Shown: piece by piece, positions 19,373 to 27,305 of the stretch | Position numbering within the stretch: the first letter of the stretch is position 1 | Layout of the letters: every line of letters starts with the position of its first letter | DNA from: a virus | DNA length: 64,000 nt | Reading direction: 5' to 3' (one strand) | IMG/VR virus record: IMGVR_UViG_3300035670_000034 | Location: 1-64,000 of that record | Program-made: the position numbers and the translations under genes | The notes under the pieces: generated by a model | What the model was told of the DNA's origin: nothing | Databases searched by the model: none | The model's input: the letters and a program-made list of their open reading frames with translations, nothing else

Positions 19373-19507
19373 TTAGCGTCGTCTACCACGCAAACGGTCG
19401 ACAAGGCCACGGCCAACTCGCTGAGCGGTTTCAACCGCGCGAGAAGCAGCACGGCGAATTCTTCCGGCTCTTCCGCCTTCTCCACCACCAATTTCAACAC
19501 TTGGCAT
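19373..19507 (-). CDS. Small Arg-rich basic protein (44 aa); missed by the ORF track
   Basis: MPSVEIGGGEGGRAGRIRRAASRAVETAQRVGRGLVDRLRGRRR*, with a strong SD AAGGAG 8 nt upstream; fills an intergenic gap. Confidence 0.7.
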   Translation of the reverse strand: MPSVEIGGGEGGRAGRIRRAASRAVETAQRVGRGLVDRLRGRRR

Positions 19508-19593
19508 TGCTCAACTCCTTACGTTAAGAAACGTCGCAAATAATCGCGATTGCAACGCAAGAAAATATTAGCACTGTTATTGGCTGTAAAAAT

Positions 19594-20136
19594 TTACCTA
19601 TCTGGATTTGGTGGTCGTTCTGGCACAAACGTTTCGACAGCATTTTTGGGTGCCTCAATGGGAACCCACGCCCTCGAGTATTTGTGCTCAGAAATATTGA
19701 CGCGCTTGACAATCGTTCCATCCAACAAAACGTCGAGTTCATCGTCGCTCATTGACAATAGTTGAGACAAATCATCCTCTGTGTATTTTTTGCTTCGTAC
19801 GAGTTTTTTCACCAAATCCGAAACTCGATGGGCAACAAGGGAGCCCTTTGACCTGTTAATCCGAAGATGCATCATTGTTGCCTCAAGTGAATCGCAATCA
19901 ATAAGAATGCAGGGAATCGACGGAAACATATCGCTCAATTTTTTATTTTCTTTCACAATCATCCAGCGCTGGTATCCATCAATGATGGCCATGTCGCGCT
20001 TCATGACAATGATTGGAGATATAAAACCAAAGTCAGCAATTGACCTAGCCAAAACCTTAAGGTCTGGCTTAAGTATGTGGTTTGAGTGCCAATCTCCCTT
20101 TTTTAATTCTTCAATTGGTACATTTTCAATTTTCAT
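19594..20136 (-). CDS. ibrB: ParB-like protein, IbrB family (180 aa)
   Basis: SIADFGFISPIIV, IIDGYQRW and HLRINRSKG; paired with an IbrA-like gene. Confidence 0.7.
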   Translation of the reverse strand: MKIENVPIEELKKGDWHSNHILKPDLKVLARSIADFGFISPIIVMKRDMAIIDGYQRWMIVKENKKLSDMFPSIPCILIDCDSLEATMMHLRINRSKGSLVAHRVSDLVKKLVRSKKYTEDDLSQLLSMSDDELDVLLDGTIVKRVNISEHKYSRAWVPIEAPKNAVETFVPERPPNPDR

Positions 20137-21274
20137 CGTTTACCTCTGAATTATCTATTTCCTCTACCGCCCTGACGGCGTGTGATTTTGTCTTGGGACC
20201 TATTGGAGATACGGCAACACTATGAGCCATGGCGCCCATGAACATTTGGTATATGAGCGAATACATCGTGTAGGAGCGTGGGTCAAGTGCGTGTTTTTTT
20301 CTAAACTCAGCGACAAACGCTTTTGCGCGTTTTGCTTTAAATTCATTAACCATAAAATCATTAATGAACTCCTTGGCTCCATCAAAACCCTTTTCTGCGT
20401 AGCGCTTTATCAACTTGTCGTAGTCGTAAACGGACCAGTACCGCCGCTGTGCATCGATATAAGGGAAACAACGAACAAGTTCGTCGTAAAACTCAGGTTC
20501 TGTTCTGATTACGTCACCAATACGCCTAATGGCAATGCCGTGCAATGGTATTCCCACTCTCGTATTACTTCCCGTAATTCCAGCCCTGTCGTAATAACCA
20601 CAATATGGAAAGTTGTGCTCCTCAATGATGTACTTGAAGACATCGGCAGTTTGCCAATCATAAATAACCTTTGCAAACTTCAACGGTATGCCCTTTTTGG
20701 ACTTATATGGAGTGACGATGTAATTTTCGTGAAGTTTCTGGACAAGGGACCGATATCGCAGCATTGACTCAGATGCGCGAACACCCGTTATGAAAGCGGT
20801 ATTCCCTTGCTTGCCCTGCATTGTGTAATAGTCGACAATTTCTGGCGGTGGCTTGCCAAGTGGTAAGCCAAAGTGTGCAGCGGTAATCGCCCATGGCGGA
20901 ATCTCTCTGCATAGACGGCCCTCTTGTCGTCGTGTTTCGCTCCACAAAATAATTGATTCTCGCTTACCAAGAACCCACACCTCAGAGCCCTGGGGAAGGC
21001 AATACCACTCCATGTCAACCCATGGCTGCTCACGAACGTAATTTACGTAGTCGATTACCAATGGGCTAACCATTTCCTCATCTCTAAAAATAACTTTTAC
21101 AGGACCAAGCCCGCGCTCCTCATGAACCTCTTTGGCCAATAGCAAAACTGCAGTTGAGTCTTTCCCGCCAGAAAATTGAACACATACGGTGTCAAACGTG
21201 TCGTATACGTGGCGGATGCGCTGGCGTGCGGCATCCACGCAATTGATGTCAAGAAATAATCGTTGCCTGGTCAT
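20126..21274 (-). CDS. ibrA: PAPS-reductase-family (PP-loop) protein, IbrA family (382 aa)
   Basis: FSGGKDS PP-loop, ITGVRASES.LR, IYDWQTADVF and RVGIPLH. Confidence 0.8.
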   Translation of the reverse strand: MTRQRLFLDINCVDAARQRIRHVYDTFDTVCVQFSGGKDSTAVLLLAKEVHEERGLGPVKVIFRDEEMVSPLVIDYVNYVREQPWVDMEWYCLPQGSEVWVLGKRESIILWSETRRQEGRLCREIPPWAITAAHFGLPLGKPPPEIVDYYTMQGKQGNTAFITGVRASESMLRYRSLVQKLHENYIVTPYKSKKGIPLKFAKVIYDWQTADVFKYIIEEHNFPYCGYYDRAGITGSNTRVGIPLHGIAIRRIGDVIRTEPEFYDELVRCFPYIDAQRRYWSVYDYDKLIKRYAEKGFDGAKEFINDFMVNEFKAKRAKAFVAEFRKKHALDPRSYTMYSLIYQMFMGAMAHSVAVSPIGPKTKSHAVRAVEEIDNSEVNDEN

Positions 21275-22062
21275 GCGTCTGTGTGTGCGTCTATAAAGTT
21301 AATTAATCGTTCTGCCGTGGTTGTTCCATCAATTGATGGGTCATTACGCAACCATCTGATGAAGTCGTACCATCTGCGCTGTTGTTCTGGTGAGTCAAAA
21401 ACAACCTGAACGGAGACTATTGCCTGTGGTGCGGAGCCTGGTAAAGCAACGGCAGAACCCCTAATGGCTACTTCCGAGTGGTCAACGTCTTTTGGCGCAA
21501 TTAGTTTTGTTTCGCCATCTTCATCTGTCGCCGCCAATGATTTTATTTGTTTGTCCATTTCCGCCGACACGGAAGGTGGTGCAACAATTACCGGAGCAAT
21601 GTAAGTCGAATTTGTCAATTCCTCATTGGCCTTTATTGTTGCTTTTTCATCCATAGCGGCCATTTCGAATTCATCCCAGCCAAGACCAGTCCAAAGGTCG
21701 CTAAATTCAGTGGATACTTCGGTGAGCATCTTCTGCAAAAGGTCGTCGTCTGTGTAGCCCAACTCCATCGTCCTATTGTCAGCAAGTGCATATGCGACGG
21801 CCTGCTTATCGTCTGCGTCAAGAAAGATGACTGCAATCTTGTCCCACCCAAGTTTTATTGCCGCCATCAATTGGTGATTGCCAGCGATAACCGTGCCGCT
21901 TCCATCCATATTCTTTTTGGCGACTATCGGTTTGACTTGTCCAAATTCCTTATATGAAGCAGCAATTGCGTCAACATTCCCCTTTCTGGGGTTTCCTTCA
22001 AGAAAATCCAATTCGTGAATTGGCCAAGCCATGCCCTGCAACGATGGATGAATATTGTTCAT
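21271..22062 (-). CDS. ParB/sulfiredoxin-like N-terminal domain protein (263 aa)
   Basis: GNPRKGNVDAIAASYKEFGQVKPIV, IAGNHQLMAA..LGW and ALADNRT. Confidence 0.8.
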   Translation of the reverse strand: MNNIHPSLQGMAWPIHELDFLEGNPRKGNVDAIAASYKEFGQVKPIVAKKNMDGSGTVIAGNHQLMAAIKLGWDKIAVIFLDADDKQAVAYALADNRTMELGYTDDDLLQKMLTEVSTEFSDLWTGLGWDEFEMAAMDEKATIKANEELTNSTYIAPVIVAPPSVSAEMDKQIKSLAATDEDGETKLIAPKDVDHSEVAIRGSAVALPGSAPQAIVSVQVVFDSPEQQRRWYDFIRWLRNDPSIDGTTTAERLINFIDAHTDA

Positions 22063-22397
22063 ACTTGAACCCTCACGTTTGCGTTAAGTGTCCTGAGTGA
22101 ATCCATTGACGTGCGCAGAGAAAACAGTTTTTCACGCTTTGACTTAACCAGCGCTTCCGCAATTTTGTAGTCATAATCAAAATCTGCCATTTTGTAATCA
22201 GCCCATGCTTCGCGCTCTTTGATTGAGCCTTTTGCGGATAGGTATTCTTTTGCCCAGTTTGCCTTGTACAGCGATTCTTTTTTTGCTGCGTCTTCTGCAA
22301 GTTTCTCAAATGCTTCTGTTTCTTCTTCAAGCATGTCCATCATTCGCAACAACTCCTGCTCAATCTCTACTTGGCTTATTGGAGCAGTTCTGACCAT
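22059..22397 (-). CDS. Helical protein, UvsY-like recombination mediator candidate (112 aa; start MVRTAPIS)
   Basis: SD AAGGAG upstream of the ATG at 22397. All-helical, with IKEREAWAD and LRTSMDSLRTLNANVR; sits in the recombination block. Confidence 0.45.
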   Translation of the reverse strand: MVRTAPISQVEIEQELLRMMDMLEEETEAFEKLAEDAAKKESLYKANWAKEYLSAKGSIKEREAWADYKMADFDYDYKIAEALVKSKREKLFSLRTSMDSLRTLNANVRVQV

Positions 22398-22954
22398 CTC
22401 GAATTTCTCCTTAATTCTTCGTACAGTGGTTCCCAATCTACCCTGTCCAGAGCCGACAACTGCTTGTCCGACCAAGAATATTCGGATTCGTTCAATTTTG
22501 CGTATGCCATTTGCTCAAGCACCCAAGCATCGCACTCATCGTCGCTACGAACATCGTAAAATCGTGTTGGAAATTGATGCTTCAGGGAGGCGAGAACGCC
22601 TGCTTTATTTGCGTTTCCATTACCAGTGGCAAATTTTGCCCTGCATTTTGGGGGGACCTCTATGGCAATAAAACCAGCCCTATGAAGGTCTGACTTAACA
22701 ACGCCACCCAACTCCCCCAAAGAGTGAGCCCGTGAAAATTTTGACCCAAACGAATATCCCTCAATAATTGCTGCCACTGGCTGAACATTTATGGCCAAAG
22801 TTACAATTTTGTCTGATATTTCAATTAGGCGCTCTACACCGCGTGTTTTGGGCCTAATAGAAAAAGTTTCTCCATTAACACTTACGCCAGTCGAAGTTAG
22901 TGATAAATCAAGGCCCATGAATTTTGGGTGTTCAATTTCTGCCGTGCTAACCAT
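22376..22954 (-). CDS. ruvC: RuvC-like Holliday junction resolvase (192 aa)
   Basis: MGLDLSLTSTGV, IIEGYSFGS, ATGNGNANK and DDECDA supply the RNase H-fold D/E/D/D residues. Confidence 0.85.
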   Translation of the reverse strand: MVSTAEIEHPKFMGLDLSLTSTGVSVNGETFSIRPKTRGVERLIEISDKIVTLAINVQPVAAIIEGYSFGSKFSRAHSLGELGGVVKSDLHRAGFIAIEVPPKCRAKFATGNGNANKAGVLASLKHQFPTRFYDVRSDDECDAWVLEQMAYAKLNESEYSWSDKQLSALDRVDWEPLYEELRRNSRWSELLQ

Positions 22955-22963
22955 GGCAAAAGA

Positions 22964-23278
22964 TTAGTCTGGCAATCGTTCCTCCCAGTGATGCCTGGAT
23001 AATCCCAAATCAAAAGCCAACTGCGGGTATCTGCCAATTCTGTTGTGGCAACTCCTGCAAACCGCCAAGAGGTTTGACTCGTCAAGTATTGAGCCACCCT
23101 GAGAGCGCCTAACCAATTCATGTATGTCCTGAGAGGGATTTTGCTGATATGTGACTTTTCCGTCGTGCTTTGCAAAAACACCGCACGCTTGACAATATGG
23201 ATACTTTTCAAGCATCTTGACAACAAGTGGCCGTCGAAGTTTGTATTCCTCTTCTTTTTTCTTGCTGCGATAACGCAT
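22964..23278 (-). CDS. HNH endonuclease-like protein (104 aa)
   Basis: CQAC...DIHE...RSQGGS...NLLAVCRSCHN. Confidence 0.8.
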   Translation of the reverse strand: MRYRSKKKEEEYKLRRPLVVKMLEKYPYCQACGVFAKHDGKVTYQQNPSQDIHELVRRSQGGSILDESNLLAVCRSCHNRIGRYPQLAFDLGLSRHHWEERLPD

Positions 23279-23802
23279 TAAATATTATTTCCGGTAATTT
23301 CTTCAAAAGCCCATTCATTGTCTAGGGTTCGCCATAGAGCCCTGTCTATCTCTGTTGCTTCCAGGTCATATTCCTCCAGCAACGCGCGATGCTTCGCAAT
23401 TGCTTTTCTGTAAAAATTTGCGTCGCTGCTAACCGTGAGAACATCTTTGTTTACATGTTCTGATACTCCGGTTTCGATTACCTTCATAACATCATCAAGT
23501 CTCCTGTTTACATGAAACCTGAACCGTTCTATTTTTGTTTTGCGAGTCCTGTAGGCAAAATTTGACTCTTGCAATAAAACTTCGCCATCTCGACCCATTG
23601 AGCCAAAACGCTCTGCATCAGCACGCTGGTCATCATCGATGTTTTCAATTTGCTCATCAAGATTTTCAACCAACATTACAAGTGCTCGTTTCCAGCGATT
23701 CCAATTTTGTGGGTCTAGCAACACCTGACGCTGTCTGGATGAAACTTTATTTTTTACATCTTCTGATACAAGGCGAGCAAATTCGTCATCGGAAATATAC
23801 AT
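23278..23802 (-). CDS. Hypothetical helical protein (174 aa)
   Basis: ORF tightly packed in the operon. Confidence 0.65.
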   Translation of the reverse strand: MYISDDEFARLVSEDVKNKVSSRQRQVLLDPQNWNRWKRALVMLVENLDEQIENIDDDQRADAERFGSMGRDGEVLLQESNFAYRTRKTKIERFRFHVNRRLDDVMKVIETGVSEHVNKDVLTVSSDANFYRKAIAKHRALLEEYDLEATEIDRALWRTLDNEWAFEEITGNNI

Positions 23803-23804
23803 AA

Positions 23805-24590
23805 TTAGTTACCCCATGCTGGACAAATATTCTTATACGAACACCAATCACACAGTCTAGATTTTACAGGTTCAAATATTCCAGTTTCGCAACGCTCGTC
23901 AACCATTTGTTTAATGTTGTGGATTCTGCTAACAGTTGATTCCAGAGACTCAGCGGTTACGGCTTCCGTGAATTTTACGCCGTCTTTTAGATAAATAAGT
24001 TCAAGGTGCGACACGGGAAAAATCTGAACTTCCTGCATAATCGCCGCGTATATGCGCAATTGCTCAAATTTGTCAGACAGCCATTCCTTTTTCGGAGTTT
24101 TGCCAGTTTTGTAATCAGAAATAACCAAACCGCCATCACCGCCATCTGTCTTTGTGTAACGGTCTATGTAGCCCTTAAGAACCACACCGCCAAGAGAATG
24201 ATTTAGTTCGCTTTCTAGACCAACAGGGTGAACTGATTGTGGGTCTTCAACCTGCCACAAATTCTCTATACAGAACCATGCCTGCCAACGAAATTGTCGT
24301 ATTTCCTCATCTCTACGTAAAAGCGAAGATACGGGTTCAGACCACGTTGAATGCCAATACTCTCTGGCTATGCCCCTGGCCGCATCAAGAGTGCGTTCCA
24401 TCCATGGCAACTTGTATAAATTTTCAAGCACGTCATGGACAAAGTTGCCCATAAGGGCTTCTTTGCCTGGCCTATCCGGAATTAAGTCTATTTTGTTGAA
24501 TTTAAATTTAAGAGGACATTGCTCAAATGTCGATAGCGATGACGGCGATAGATGTGGTGGTGGTTTTAATTCATTTTCACTGGGCGACAT
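23805..24590 (-). CDS. PD-(D/E)XK RecB-family exonuclease (about 261 aa; start MSPSENE)
   Basis: HLSPSSLSTFEQCP, GNFVHDVLE, GYIDR, ISDYKTGK and QLRIYA, plus a C-terminal CDWCSYKNIC Fe-S-type Cys cluster. Confidence 0.85.
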   Translation of the reverse strand: MSPSENELKPPPHLSPSSLSTFEQCPLKFKFNKIDLIPDRPGKEALMGNFVHDVLENLYKLPWMERTLDAARGIAREYWHSTWSEPVSSLLRRDEEIRQFRWQAWFCIENLWQVEDPQSVHPVGLESELNHSLGGVVLKGYIDRYTKTDGGDGGLVISDYKTGKTPKKEWLSDKFEQLRIYAAIMQEVQIFPVSHLELIYLKDGVKFTEAVTAESLESTVSRIHNIKQMVDERCETGIFEPVKSRLCDWCSYKNICPAWGN

Positions 24591-25227
24591 GTGTTCCACC
24601 GAACTGAATGCGAACTGTTTCTGCCAATAGCGCATCCAATTCTTCGGTGGTCACCTGACTGTGTGATGTCGGCTTTGGTTTATCGCCGTGGTTTTGCTTC
24701 CAAAAAACACCAAGTTGTTCGCGACCATCTTTGTCTAGGGTTTTGGATATTTCTTTAAAGTTTTCCCACTTTTGTTCGTGTTCTGAAAGCGGAACATTTG
24801 CAGCATCAATCGCTTGTTCGATTTCAATCGCATCTTCGCTACGGGCAAGGTATAGACCGACACCAAATGCTTGCGCAGCCTTTTTCAGGGCATCAGAAAT
24901 GGCGCCCTTGAACTCGTCACCAAGGTCAAGAATTTGGCCAGCCTTTGTGCGCTTAATTTTCTGCCCACCGATTCCATCGCGGACGATGGTTGAAAATTCG
25001 CTAACAAAGTATTCAATCCGAACGTGCGCAATTACAAAATCTGAGTCAATTGCATCACGCTCACATTTTTGAACCGTATATGACCACTTGTCAACACCGA
25101 ACACTTTGTTTAAGCGTGTAATGACTTCACTGACTGGAATGTACGTGAGGTTAACCCCACCCTTGTTAATCACCTTTTCCATTTCTTGCGGAAATGGCTC
25201 GGACAATCTGTTGTACATGTCGCTCAT
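24577..25227 (-). CDS. Rad52/Rad22-family single-strand annealing protein (216 aa)
   Basis: LTYIPVSEVITRLNKVFG...WS and FKGAISDALKKAAQAFGVGLYL. Confidence 0.85.
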   Translation of the reverse strand: MSDMYNRLSEPFPQEMEKVINKGGVNLTYIPVSEVITRLNKVFGVDKWSYTVQKCERDAIDSDFVIAHVRIEYFVSEFSTIVRDGIGGQKIKRTKAGQILDLGDEFKGAISDALKKAAQAFGVGLYLARSEDAIEIEQAIDAANVPLSEHEQKWENFKEISKTLDKDGREQLGVFWKQNHGDKPKPTSHSQVTTEELDALLAETVRIQFGGTHVAQ

Positions 25228-25733
25228 TTGTTTTTGTCCCCCAATCGAACAATAATGCTGGTTTTGTGTTCTCCCTGTTCACAATACAGGTCTGGATTGA
25301 TTCCAAGTTCACCCAACTTGCCGACTCGCCAATACGAAACGGCGGCGTAGTCAAGTAATTTTTCAACCATTTGAGTTGCCGTCATCATGCGTTCGCCAGT
25401 ATCAATATCAACTGACATTTCGTTGAGTCGTTCGGCAACGCGATTTGCAAGTTTGGAGTGGTCCCATTTCTTGCGGTCTGTCGCGCCCTTTTTTTCGATT
25501 GTGGCGCCAGACTGAGTCTCAACCATGCCCTGATTGCCCATAAGTGAGCCAACCTTGCCGGCAAACGAGTCGTAAATAATTCCCAAATCTCGCTTCATCA
25601 TGTTGAATTGTGCTAACAATTCCGCTGCTTCAGCAACACCTGGTGTCGTTTTGATGTATTCATCAAGAAGCGAATCAATTTCCATTAGGTCACTGCGCCA
25701 TTTATCAAATACGGACACATCAAGTAGCATCAT
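25224..25733 (-). CDS. Hypothetical protein (169 aa)
   Basis: ORF between terminase and Rad52-like genes, with a 4-nt overlap. Confidence 0.65.
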   Translation of the reverse strand: MMLLDVSVFDKWRSDLMEIDSLLDEYIKTTPGVAEAAELLAQFNMMKRDLGIIYDSFAGKVGSLMGNQGMVETQSGATIEKKGATDRKKWDHSKLANRVAERLNEMSVDIDTGERMMTATQMVEKLLDYAAVSYWRVGKLGELGINPDLYCEQGEHKTSIIVRLGDKNK

Positions 25734-25760
25734 TTTCTCCAGTAGTAGTGAGTTTTTAAC

Positions 25761-27065
25761 TTACACCACAATACTGACTTTTCTTCTTTGTGGCAACCCC
25801 AAGCCAGTTAAATAATTGAAAGCGCCAGTGGCCGAGTCAACTTGGTCATCGTGTGGTGCCGCCTCCGGAAAAGATGACAGTTCATCAAGCCAATCGCTCA
25901 ACCACGCACCACGCACGACCTTTACGTTGCCATTGGCCATTGCTGCGGAAAATGGTCTTGCTCTGGTTATTTTGTCTCCAGTAGACCGATTTGCCCCAAA
26001 ATCAAAACCAGGAAGCACATATCTGGCGAACTGGTCAATAACTGCCTTGCCCGATGAGCCAGGCTCCTGCTCCATTCGTATGGGCACGGTAACCCCATCT
26101 TCGTATGCTGTTTGCGCTATAAATTGCTCAACTTTGTCGGCTTTAAGACGTTTTTTCCTAACATCCAAGACATAGGCAATGCCTTGGTCAAACATCATTA
26201 GTGTTCCGACCGTCCAGTCGGGGTCTGGGGTCGCCTGATTTGGCTCTGTGGCTGCCAAGTCCCAAAAACGAACGACCCTTGCAGACGACGTGGTTACAGG
26301 TATTTCGTCATTATCTATTATAATAACTGATGTTCTATCAAACATGGTTCCAAGGGTCGTGGACCACCAGTCTCCCTCTTCCAGTCTCCTTCTTTCGACT
26401 GGGTCAAGAGCCGAAAGGGCTTGGCGGTATGAAATCGCATCAATACCTGGGTTATCAGTCAATTTGGAGGGAACAAAAATTCTTCCCTTTTCCTTGCCCT
26501 CAACAATGAATCTTTGCCTAACCCAGTTTGGGGCAGGGTTTGATGCGCAGCGCATTCGTAGGGGGACCTTTGAAAGAGGTCCATTTGCAGGTCGGCGAAG
26601 ACGAGAGAAGAGATATCGGTAGTCACTTTCCCTAATTTCGGTCACCTCGTCCATGCCAATGAACTGGAATTCTGAACCCTTATATCGCAAATAATCACCA
26701 GTATTGTTGAGGTAACCAAAAGAAATTCTTGCACCAGATGGAAATGTTGCAATAAAACTATTGTTGTTCCAATGAACATCTTCGTACTGGCTAACCCATG
26801 TTCTGAATCTGTCCATCAATGCGCCGGGAAGCGATAAGTCAGCAAAAGTTCTTCTGAATAAAATTGCAGAATAATTTGGCACATCAACATATTGGAGTGC
26901 CGCCATCAGCAGGGCGGAACTTTTTCCACCACCTGCTGCCCCTCCAAAAAGAGCCTCAATCGAATAGGTTCTTAGAAAAACTTTTTGATTTATTGACGGC
27001 TTCTCAGGGCAATACAGGGTCGCCTTGGGTTCTAGGTATTCAAGGATTTTGTTCCAGTCACTCAC
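25761..27065 (-). CDS. terL: Terminase large subunit (434 aa)
   Basis: Walker A LFGGAAGGGKS, Walker B FIGMDEV, coupling motif CASNP, nuclease motifs WDLAATE, EQEPGSSGK and HDDQVDS. Confidence 0.95.
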   Translation of the reverse strand: MSDWNKILEYLEPKATLYCPEKPSINQKVFLRTYSIEALFGGAAGGGKSSALLMAALQYVDVPNYSAILFRRTFADLSLPGALMDRFRTWVSQYEDVHWNNNSFIATFPSGARISFGYLNNTGDYLRYKGSEFQFIGMDEVTEIRESDYRYLFSRLRRPANGPLSKVPLRMRCASNPAPNWVRQRFIVEGKEKGRIFVPSKLTDNPGIDAISYRQALSALDPVERRRLEEGDWWSTTLGTMFDRTSVIIIDNDEIPVTTSSARVVRFWDLAATEPNQATPDPDWTVGTLMMFDQGIAYVLDVRKKRLKADKVEQFIAQTAYEDGVTVPIRMEQEPGSSGKAVIDQFARYVLPGFDFGANRSTGDKITRARPFSAAMANGNVKVVRGAWLSDWLDELSSFPEAAPHDDQVDSATGAFNYLTGLGLPQRRKVSIVV

Positions 27066-27118
27066 CGATAACCGCCATATTCAATCGTAGACCAATAAGT
27101 ACGCTAGTTTATAACAGC

Positions 27119-27298
27119 ATGAAGAAACTTGTTGAAATTATAAAGAAGTCTGCAAAAAGGCCTACCTTCGCAAATATCTTGATGTCTTCATTTATACTGT
27201 TTACTGCAGTAGGAGGCTTTTTAATAGCGCCGCCTGTCGGATTTATCGTTGCGGGAGTTACCTGTGGAATCTTTGGTTATCTATTGGGCGCTGAGTAA
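27119..27298 (+). CDS. Small membrane protein preceding portal (59 aa)
   Basis: MKKLVEIIKK...FILFTAVGGFLIAPPVGFIVAGVTCGIFGYLLGAE, two hydrophobic segments. ATG at 27119; the ORF track over-extends the start. Confidence 0.65.
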   Translation: MKKLVEIIKKSAKRPTFANILMSSFILFTAVGGFLIAPPVGFIVAGVTCGIFGYLLGAE

Positions 27299-27305
27299 CT
27301 AAAAA

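Noticed and set aside
23805-24590. Cas4-like nuclease as evidence of a CRISPR system
   Set aside because: No repeat-spacer array or other cas genes in the window; the context is Rad52/RuvC recombination.
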